Origin: Minisyncoccia bacterium
GTDB lineage: Bacteria; Patescibacteriota; Minisyncoccia; Phycocordibacterales; UBA5272
Direction: 5' to 3'
Assembly: GCA_039809325.1 (NCBI GenBank)
Contig: JBDHUS010000001.1
Coordinates: 391-64,390 of the forward strand
Length of the DNA stretch: 64,000 nt
Shown: piece by piece, positions 57,211-64,000 of the stretch
How positions within the stretch are numbered: the first letter of the stretch is position 1
Layout of the letters: the number at the start of each line of letters is the position of its first letter
Notes under the pieces: generated by a model
Database searches by the model: none
Seen by the model: the letters and a program-made list of their open reading frames with translations, nothing else
What the model was told of the DNA's origin: nothing
Program-made: the position numbers and the translations under genes

Positions 57211-57960
57211 ATGATAGACATTAAAGTAAAAACTGGTGAGATATATAAAGTGGGAGAAAATATTATTGCTTGTGGTGATTCTCTTGATAAAGAATTTGTA
57301 GAGAAAGTTATTGGAGAGCACAAGATTAAGTGTGTACTTTGCGATCCTCCCTACGCCGTAGCTTATGGTAAAAATATAATGAATAATATTTCTAAAGATA
57401 AAGAAATATTAAATGATCATCTTCAATCTGAGGATGAATACAAAGAATTTACTAAAGGTTGGTTATCTTTAGTTCTTCCTCATCTTACCGAATACAATGC
57501 CTGCTATATATTTAATTCTGATGCAATGTATTCAGCTTTAAGATTAGCTATTAAAGAAGTAGGTCTTTATTATTCTCAAATGCTAATTTGGGTTAAAGGA
57601 CAACCGGTTATGGGTAGAAAAGATTATCTTCCTCAGTTTGAATTGATAGCTTATTCATGGTTTGGAAAACATAAGATGGAAAGGAGTAAAGCTAAAAGTG
57701 TACTCTTTTATCCTAAACCTCAATCATCTAAACTTCATCCAACAATGAAGCCTATTGGATTATTAAGAAAGATTATTCCAAACTCTACAAGATATGGAGA
57801 ATATATCTATGACCCATTCTTAGGTAGTGGATCTACTCTTATAGCCTCTACAGAACTTGGTCGAAAGTGTATTGGAATTGAGATAGAACCTGAATATGTA
57901 GAAGTCTCATTGCAGAGAATAGAGAAACTAACAGGTCTTACTAGAGTAAAGATTAATTAA
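57211..57960 (+). CDS. beta-class amino DNA methyltransferase (N6A/N4C)
   Basis: DPPY motif IV (LCDPPYA) precedes motif I (DPFLGSGST); homologous to the MTase part of the upstream gene. Confidence 0.75.
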   Translation: MIDIKVKTGEIYKVGENIIACGDSLDKEFVEKVIGEHKIKCVLCDPPYAVAYGKNIMNNISKDKEILNDHLQSEDEYKEFTKGWLSLVLPHLTEYNACYIFNSDAMYSALRLAIKEVGLYYSQMLIWVKGQPVMGRKDYLPQFELIAYSWFGKHKMERSKAKSVLFYPKPQSSKLHPTMKPIGLLRKIIPNSTRYGEYIYDPFLGSGSTLIASTELGRKCIGIEIEPEYVEVSLQRIEKLTGLTRVKIN

Positions 57961-57967
57961 TAAATTT

Positions 57968-58333
57968 ATGAAGGAAGCACCTTATAAATCTCAAGATTTT
58001 GAAAGCTATGTTCTTTGGAAGAGTCTTCCTTCTATTTTGCGTGGACAGCCAAGAGCTATTCTAGAAAAACAAGGAATTGATGATGAACTAGCATTAGAGT
58101 TATTACAAGTAAAAACTCAAAAAGAGTTTGCTATTAAATTTGGAATTAAAGATGCAGGAACTCTTACTGATTGGAATAAAAGAATAGAAAAGGAAGGACT
58201 GCTGAAAGAGATTAATAGTTGGGCAAGAAAACTTACTCCAAATGTTGTTCATTCACTCTATAAAAATATTATTAAAAACGGTAAAGCTCAAGAAGTCAGA
58301 GCTTGGTATGAATTAATTGAAAACAATAATTAA
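57968..58333 (+). CDS. HTH protein, possibly terminase small subunit-like
   Basis: The HTH-like segment KTQKEFAIKFGIKDAGTLTDWNKR resembles TerS N-domains. Confidence 0.3.
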   Translation: MKEAPYKSQDFESYVLWKSLPSILRGQPRAILEKQGIDDELALELLQVKTQKEFAIKFGIKDAGTLTDWNKRIEKEGLLKEINSWARKLTPNVVHSLYKNIIKNGKAQEVRAWYELIENNN

Positions 58334-58532
58334 AATTATTACAAATATTAATTTAAAAGAAATAAATGAAATACTTTCAAAAACTTTAATAGATGTGGTT
58401 GAAAGAAAAGTATCTTTAAAGCAAGCCGATATGATAGCTAAACTAGCTACTGCCCTATCGAAAAATATATCAAATACAGAACTCGAGGATAGGATTCAAT
58501 TATTAGAAAGAGTATTAAAAGAAAGAATATAA
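58317..58532 (+). CDS. hypothetical coiled-coil ORF overlapping the previous gene by 17 nt in another frame
   Basis: 71 aa, helical (LKQADMIAKLATALSKN...LEDRIQLLERVLKE). Confidence 0.25.
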   Translation: MKTIIKIITNINLKEINEILSKTLIDVVERKVSLKQADMIAKLATALSKNISNTELEDRIQLLERVLKERI

Positions 58533-58537
58533 AATAT

Positions 58538-59494
58538 ATGAAAGGATTAACAAAGATATTAAATAAAGACACATTATCTGGTAAAGACAGAGCTTTACTT
58601 TTAATTTACAGTAGTATAGAAAAAGAAAAGAATGGAAAAGCTATTCTAGAAGAACATGATATTACAGCAATTAGAAGTTTTAATGATATTAAAATAAAAG
58701 GACCAGATGGTAAGTTAAATTATTTTAAAAGAAATAGAGTTATTGATGAATTCAATCTATACATTGAAAACATGAATAGTTTTCAAGAAGTCAGAGCTCA
58801 AATAAAAGTTATCTATTTAGATTTACAAAATAGGATCAATAAAGTTGGAAGAGTAATTGATCATTTTGTCTGGAAAGAAAATCCTGATTTTAAAAATATT
58901 GATAAATATATATTAGAAGAAGAAGGTGTCTTAGATCTAATCTTAGATAATACATATATAGTCTATGAAGATCTTATTAATGAGATAGACGATAAAGAAA
59001 AGAAAGCTATTGAAGAACTGATTAAGAATCAAGAAATAGAGATCGTAAACAATAAAGACGGAATATCTCTCATCACTGGTAGGAGTATATATAACCTAAA
59101 AAGTGAGCATGAATTCAAAAAGGATTACTTAAACGAAATTGATAAGTTAAAAGATTTCTTTAAGATTATTTGGTTTATAAAAGAAAGAAAAATAGAAGAA
59201 GATTATTCTAATTTCTTGAAATTTAAAAACATAATGGAAAAAGCTTCAGAATTCTTTGAAATAGAATTAGATGGAGAAATCAAAGAATACATAGAAGAAT
59301 TAGAAGATGATTTTAGAAGTATGAATATCTCCTTATTATACATCTTTGAGAAATCAATTAAAAATTGTGTATCTTTATCTATACCGCTAGAGATAGATTT
59401 TGATAAGATACTGCTAAGAAATAATATTGAAACAGAAGATTCTAAAATCTATCTAAAAGCTTTAGATCTTTTGAAAGATATATTTATAGATTAG
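58538..59494 (+). CDS. hypothetical protein
   Basis: 318 aa, acidic; no recognisable motif. Confidence 0.3.
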   Translation: MKGLTKILNKDTLSGKDRALLLIYSSIEKEKNGKAILEEHDITAIRSFNDIKIKGPDGKLNYFKRNRVIDEFNLYIENMNSFQEVRAQIKVIYLDLQNRINKVGRVIDHFVWKENPDFKNIDKYILEEEGVLDLILDNTYIVYEDLINEIDDKEKKAIEELIKNQEIEIVNNKDGISLITGRSIYNLKSEHEFKKDYLNEIDKLKDFFKIIWFIKERKIEEDYSNFLKFKNIMEKASEFFEIELDGEIKEYIEELEDDFRSMNISLLYIFEKSIKNCVSLSIPLEIDFDKILLRNNIETEDSKIYLKALDLLKDIFID

Positions 59495-60245
59495 TTATTT
59501 CTTCTTTCTTTTCTTCTGTAAGAACTTCCACTTTTTCTTCTTTTGCTTTTGGTATAGATTTAGTAGTATTAGTCTTCATCTTTGGTTTTGGGACATCTAA
59601 AGCTAAAACTATTATTTGATAAATAGAATCTAATATATCTTCATTAGAAAAATTAACTCCAGTTTTAGTTTTAAGATTCTTTTTAAGAAGTTTGATAACT
59701 GATTCATCAAAAAGATATTTAGATAAAGATAATGGAGATAGACTATCTATCTTTTTCCAATATTCATCTAAAAGATTTTTATTAATAGACTTTTTAGTTA
59801 TTAATTCAAATAGATTAAAACATTCTTTATAACTAGAATCATTTAATAAATCTATATCAAATACTAATTTAGAAAAGACTGGTTTAGCAAACATTACTTT
59901 GTATAATTGAAAATTACGACCATTTAAAAGTAATATCCAATCAATACCCTCACCTGCGGCATAACCTAGACTTTGTCTTAAATGACTATCACTTAATTTT
60001 GTTCCCAGTGATTTTACTTCAACGACTATTTTCTTTTTCTTACCTATTTGGATAACATAATCAGCATAACCTCCCCCTATCTCATATTCTGTTTTGATTT
60101 CTTCATTTGGAATATATCCTAAGACATTTCTTAGAAAATCATTAACTAAAAGTCTAGTTCCACTCTCATTAAGTTTTGGATTATTTTTAAATGCTATAGT
60201 TAGTTCTTTTTTATAATCCTTGATTTCATCTTTAAAAGTTTTCAT
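59484..60245 (-). CDS. PD-(D/E)xK nuclease-like protein (HsdR_N / restriction-endonuclease-like fold)
   Basis: GGGYADYVIQIGKKKKIVVEVKSLG fits the D...E-x-K core of HsdR_N-type domains. Confidence 0.45.
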   Translation of the reverse strand: MKTFKDEIKDYKKELTIAFKNNPKLNESGTRLLVNDFLRNVLGYIPNEEIKTEYEIGGGYADYVIQIGKKKKIVVEVKSLGTKLSDSHLRQSLGYAAGEGIDWILLLNGRNFQLYKVMFAKPVFSKLVFDIDLLNDSSYKECFNLFELITKKSINKNLLDEYWKKIDSLSPLSLSKYLFDESVIKLLKKNLKTKTGVNFSNEDILDSIYQIIVLALDVPKPKMKTNTTKSIPKAKEEKVEVLTEEKKEEITNL

Positions 60246-60249
60246 ATGA

Positions 60250-60711
60250 TTAATTTTTAGCTTTATCTTTTAATTCATCTAAGACCTTTTTTAATTCATA
60301 AGGTTCAGAGATATATTTTAAAACTACTTCTTTACCTCCTGTCCCTGCTGTATCGATAGCGATAGCTCCAGTCTTAAAAATAACTCTATCTAAAAATGGT
60401 TCTCTGATAAGAACATCAGTAATCTTATGATAATCAATACTTACTAAACTTGTAGAAAGCCAACCTTTGTGTATTAAAACTCTTTTATTTGTAAAAGCGT
60501 AAGCATTTGCTCTTTTGATATAGAAAAGGAAATAGAAAAGATGAAAAATTAAAAATGGAATTCCTATGAAAGCAAAACTTAAAAGACCCCATATTATTAT
60601 TCCAGCTATTAAGCTTATCTTTATATATTGCCCACTTATAGAAAATTCTTTTTCTATAACTTCATCTTTTGACAAAACTTTTTTCCAAACATTTTCGTTA
60701 GTTGTTTGCAT
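60250..60711 (-). CDS. membrane-anchored bacterial PH-domain (bPH_2/YdbS-like) protein
   Basis: Two TM helices followed by YAFTNKRVLIHKGWLSTSLVSIDYHKITDV. Confidence 0.5.
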   Translation of the reverse strand: MQTTNENVWKKVLSKDEVIEKEFSISGQYIKISLIAGIIIWGLLSFAFIGIPFLIFHLFYFLFYIKRANAYAFTNKRVLIHKGWLSTSLVSIDYHKITDVLIREPFLDRVIFKTGAIAIDTAGTGGKEVVLKYISEPYELKKVLDELKDKAKN

Positions 60712-61017
60712 AAATTTGTAGCGGTTTTAATTTTTAATATCTAAATGAGTCTCTCTGACAAAAGACTCTCCACCATTGCGATTCTTGTTTCCAAGAACCC
60801 ATATCCGTTTCCAGATATGACCGCTACAGTGACTCTGATGGAGAGTCTTTTATACTGTAGCGGATATTTTCTAACCATGCCTAGCAAATGCTAAGTTTAG
60901 GCTATTTGTAATAATATTTTAGCATAAATACGAGAGTATTTATAGCATTGTGTATCTTAGCTTAAATAAAGGAAAAATAATAACGTGAATGCTAAGATAA
61001 TGCTAAAAAAAGAAAAA

Positions 61018-63132
61018 CTATCCCTCCACAACTTGTCTGACTTTTTCTGCTAGTTTTTCCGAAAATTCTTTTATATTAACATTTGCTATATTATCTGAAT
61101 AAAATGTTTTAACATGCTCAGTACCTGAACCTATACCAAGCCCAATAATATGAACATCTTTTTCCTGTTCTATCTTTTTTACTATTTCTTTCAAATCATA
61201 TCCTTCATGCTGTGGAGACTCTACTGGAACACCATCAGATAGCACAAATAATATTTTCTTTTTTTCTTCTCTATTTTTTATTTTCTTATACATTTCGTCC
61301 ACAGCCCATCCATCATCATTATAATCTGCTCTACCACCACTATGATTATCAACTTCACTTAACATATCTTCTGTACCCTCTCTAAGATCATCAGTATAAT
61401 CTTCGTCAAATTCTTTATATTCATATAGTCTATCATTAAATCCTGCCACAGATAATTTAATCCCTATATTTCTAAGAGCTTCGCAAAGGACTACTACAGC
61501 CTTATAAGTTTCACTGATTTTCGTACCACTCATACTTCCAGATAAATCTACCAATATTTGAATTGCGTAGTCTTTTTCTAAAGGTAATTCTTTTTTCATA
61601 AAAACGTTTAGACTGTCTACTCCTGTGGCTTCACCTCTAATTTCTCTTTTTACGTCTATCATCATTCCACTTCTATAACCAGAATTCCAAGCGTTTCTTT
61701 TTCTCTCAATAAAAATATCTCTTAATTCATTTTCTAACTTAAATATTATGGGAGATACATCTTCAAGAACCTTTTGGTAACTATTTTGTCCATTATATTT
61801 TTCTCTATCAAAATCTTTTTTAGCTTTTTCAATAGCTTCCTTTAAAGCTTGTCTCATTTTATCTCTTCTTTCTCTCTCATTATCTTTTGAGTAATCTTTT
61901 TCTTCTCTTTGAGATTTATCATCTTTGGATTTTTCTTCCGAATCACTACTTGTTTCTTTCTCTTTTTGTAGTTCAGCTTTAGATTCTAAGTATTCATTCA
62001 TCTCTTTCTCTATTTCTCTAATTATTTGATCTGCTTTTTCTTTTATTTCTTGATCAGACATTTTAGAAGGATTGGATTTATTATCTTGAATATCTGGATC
62101 ACTTAGAGTAGAGTTTACATCTTGTTGTGAATTTTCATTTTGTTTATTAGATTTTTCTCCATCCATATTATCAGGTCTTTGTTCTTCTTCAGTCTTATTA
62201 GAATTATCTTTAGTTTCACCTTCTTTACTTTGTGGTTTCCGATTATCTTTTTCACCCTCTCCAGAATTTTGCTCTTTATTTACTTCTTGATTTTTATTTT
62301 CACTTTTTTGATTATCATCTTGTCTTATTTTATCTTCTGTGTCCTTTGTATCTGAATCAACTAAAGTTTTAAAAACAGGCCAGACTTCTTCTAGATTTAT
62401 TTTATATGACTCTCTAGCATACTCTTGTACGACTTGCTCTCCATCTAATTTTTCTCCATTTAACAGCATACCTTTCTCTACCTCTTTTCTAAGTGGATAA
62501 GTTAGCCAACTTCTTCTTGCAGAACTAAGAGTTTTTTCTACCACTTCTATTACTTCCTTTGGAAGTTCTTTGTCTATTTCTATCTTTTCTCCTTTTGTCT
62601 CAGCAATCCATTGCTTTATGTATTCAAGTCCTGCTTGCATGAATCTGGGGACTCTTCCAACTTTTTGTTTTGCTTTTTCTTTCATTTTTCTTTCAAATTC
62701 AGCATCGAGATCATACGAAAATATCATCTCTTGCTTAAACTTTGGTACATTGTCGGCGACATAGTTATTCATCCTAGGATCTTCTATTGCATTCATCATA
62801 GAAGAAAACCCTGGTTGATTCCATATTTCATCTGGAATGATACCTATAACCCTAGAAATTTTTCTATGTCCAGCTTCATGTTGAATAACAAAACGTAGAT
62901 AATCAATTGGTTTTTCCAATAAATCTTTTGCGTCACACCTCACAATATTATTCTTAAAATCCCAATGCCAACCTTGACCCTCATTAACCTCTACCTTCAT
63001 ACTTACATCAGTTGCTACCATTCTACAAAGTGGAGTCAACAAAGATAATCTTTGTTTTATTATTTTTCTGTCTTCATAATTAAAATTATCAAGAATACTG
63101 TGTTTTTTACCAAAAGATTCTAATCTGTCCAT
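61018..63132 (-). CDS. vWA-domain protein with an N-terminal HExxH (DUF2201_N-like) domain and a long acidic low-complexity linker
   Basis: HEAGHRK; roughly 250 aa rich in E/K/D/S/N; C-terminal MIDAS motif ILVDLSGSMSG ... VLSDG. Confidence 0.6.
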   Translation of the reverse strand: MDRLESFGKKHSILDNFNYEDRKIIKQRLSLLTPLCRMVATDVSMKVEVNEGQGWHWDFKNNIVRCDAKDLLEKPIDYLRFVIQHEAGHRKISRVIGIIPDEIWNQPGFSSMMNAIEDPRMNNYVADNVPKFKQEMIFSYDLDAEFERKMKEKAKQKVGRVPRFMQAGLEYIKQWIAETKGEKIEIDKELPKEVIEVVEKTLSSARRSWLTYPLRKEVEKGMLLNGEKLDGEQVVQEYARESYKINLEEVWPVFKTLVDSDTKDTEDKIRQDDNQKSENKNQEVNKEQNSGEGEKDNRKPQSKEGETKDNSNKTEEEQRPDNMDGEKSNKQNENSQQDVNSTLSDPDIQDNKSNPSKMSDQEIKEKADQIIREIEKEMNEYLESKAELQKEKETSSDSEEKSKDDKSQREEKDYSKDNERERRDKMRQALKEAIEKAKKDFDREKYNGQNSYQKVLEDVSPIIFKLENELRDIFIERKRNAWNSGYRSGMMIDVKREIRGEATGVDSLNVFMKKELPLEKDYAIQILVDLSGSMSGTKISETYKAVVVLCEALRNIGIKLSVAGFNDRLYEYKEFDEDYTDDLREGTEDMLSEVDNHSGGRADYNDDGWAVDEMYKKIKNREEKKKILFVLSDGVPVESPQHEGYDLKEIVKKIEQEKDVHIIGLGIGSGTEHVKTFYSDNIANVNIKEFSEKLAEKVRQVVEG

Positions 63133-63164
63133 ATTAGCTTGATTATAACATACTAACCATAATC

Positions 63165-64000
63165 TTATTCTAGATAAATAGATCTTTTAATTTTATAACA
63201 ATTGCCCCATTTTAAAAGACCTTTATATGAATTTTTATTATTTTCATTTAGGTTTTTTACCATCTTTATTTTTGTTGTCTTTCTTAGGATTCTGTATTTT
63301 GGGAAATTTATAAAACCTAGAAAATCCATTCCACTATAGACTGTCCTAATAATTTCCTTATGTACTACCAAGTGTAAATGTTCAAGACAAAATGTTTTTA
63401 ATATATATCTAAATTCTTCTGCTTCTTGAAGAGAATCAAAAAAACATACTATATCATCTGCATACCTAATATAATATTTAATTTTACAAATATGTTTAGA
63501 GAAGAAGTCCAACTCATTTAAATAAACATTTATAAATAATTGGGAAGTTAGATTTCCTAAGGCCAGTCCTTTTTCTTGGCTAAATATTATCTCCCTACAT
63601 AAATTGATAATATCTTTGTCAGAAATATATTTTGATAATATCTTAATTAAAATATCTTGATCTATACTCTGGAAACACTTTTTTATATCAAACTTCAAAA
63701 CCCAAGCTTGCTTTGTATAATTCAGAGTTATCTCTCTAGAAAATTTTTCATATCTAAGTATAGCTTTATGTGTACCTTTAAATTTCCTAGAACTATAGGA
63801 ATCATAAATAAATCTTTTATCAAAATAATCGTATAAGAAATTATATACCAATTTGTGAACTATTCTGTCTATAACAGTAGCTTTATTAATCAATCGAGTT
63901 TTTGTATCGACTATTTTAAAATTTGTATAAGGCCCATGTTTATATGAATTATTTTTCAAATCTTTAAATATATCAAATAATTGATCACCAGATTTAAAAT
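63165..64000 (-). CDS. diversity-generating retroelement (DGR)-type reverse transcriptase; 5' end beyond the window
   Basis: - YKHGPYTNFKIVDTKTRLI ... IDRIVH ... DSYSSRKFKGTHKA (RT motifs 1-2).
- KGLALGNLTSQLFINVYLNELD, the (I/L)GxxxSQ signature.
- YADD catalytic motif.
- The frame stays open upstream of the TTG at 63959 through to position 64000. Confidence 0.8.
   Translation of the reverse strand, partial: FKSGDQLFDIFKDLKNNSYKHGPYTNFKIVDTKTRLINKATVIDRIVHKLVYNFLYDYFDKRFIYDSYSSRKFKGTHKAILRYEKFSREITLNYTKQAWVLKFDIKKCFQSIDQDILIKILSKYISDKDIINLCREIIFSQEKGLALGNLTSQLFINVYLNELDFFSKHICKIKYYIRYADDIVCFFDSLQEAEEFRYILKTFCLEHLHLVVHKEIIRTVYSGMDFLGFINFPKYRILRKTTKIKMVKNLNENNKNSYKGLLKWGNCYKIKRSIYLE

Noticed and set aside
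60715-60880. GC-rich hairpin region considered as a DGR template repeat
   Set aside because: Translations are not AAC/Asn-rich and no cognate variable repeat exists in the window. It is reported as a candidate structured RNA instead.
1-64000. rRNA genes, CRISPR arrays, RNase P RNA, SRP RNA
   Set aside because: No 16S/23S/5S signature strings were found, and no regularly spaced short direct repeats. RNase P (GGAAAGTCCGG-type) and SRP (GGUCCGGAAGGAAGCAGC-type) conserved cores were not found in any intergenic region by eye.

Overview
This is an AT-rich (about 30% GC) bacterial window with densely packed, mostly minus-strand genes. The pattern of short ribosomal proteins, a 157-aa EF-Ts, many secreted or membrane hypotheticals and Asn/Lys-rich low complexity suggests a CPR/Patescibacteria-like genome read with the standard code; TGA is not a sense codon in the long ORFs. 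The core genes (rpsB-tsf, rplY, rpmG, glyQS, gyrA, ftsH, smpB, ssrA, infC-rpmI-rplT, ndk, rpsF-ssb-rpsR, tatD, metG, ileS, argS, thyA-folA, secE-nusG-rplK, tRNA-His) are interleaved with accessory material. 

The main observations are:
- A roughly 1047-aa secreted protein with phage-tailspike architecture (SGNH esterase, Asn-rich repeats, C-terminal S74 intramolecular-chaperone domain). Its signal-peptide start codon is out of frame with the body because of a 12-nt poly(C) tract, which looks like a slipped-strand phase-variation switch.
- A partial diversity-generating-retroelement reverse transcriptase (IGNLTSQ-type motif) at the 3' window edge.
- That RT sits inside an island of mobile or defence-like genes: XRE/ImmA, a ParB-MTase fusion, a second MTase, a TerS-like ORF, a PD-(D/E)xK nuclease and a vWA/HExxH protein.
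- A cluster of paralogous secreted proteins sharing a two-helix pilin-like (VirB2/TrbC-like) membrane module fused to variable Cys-rich domains. One has a perfect 135-bp tandem duplication and another has an in-frame TAA followed by a further Cys-rich module.
- An IleRS carrying an inserted histidine-phosphatase (RHG) domain, with a stand-alone paralogue elsewhere in the window.
- A T-box leader upstream of ileS.
- A tmRNA gene whose 3'-terminal 24 nt are duplicated 172 bp downstream, consistent with an att remnant.
- Near-identical promoter/leader modules on thyA and folA.

No rRNA genes or CRISPR arrays were found.
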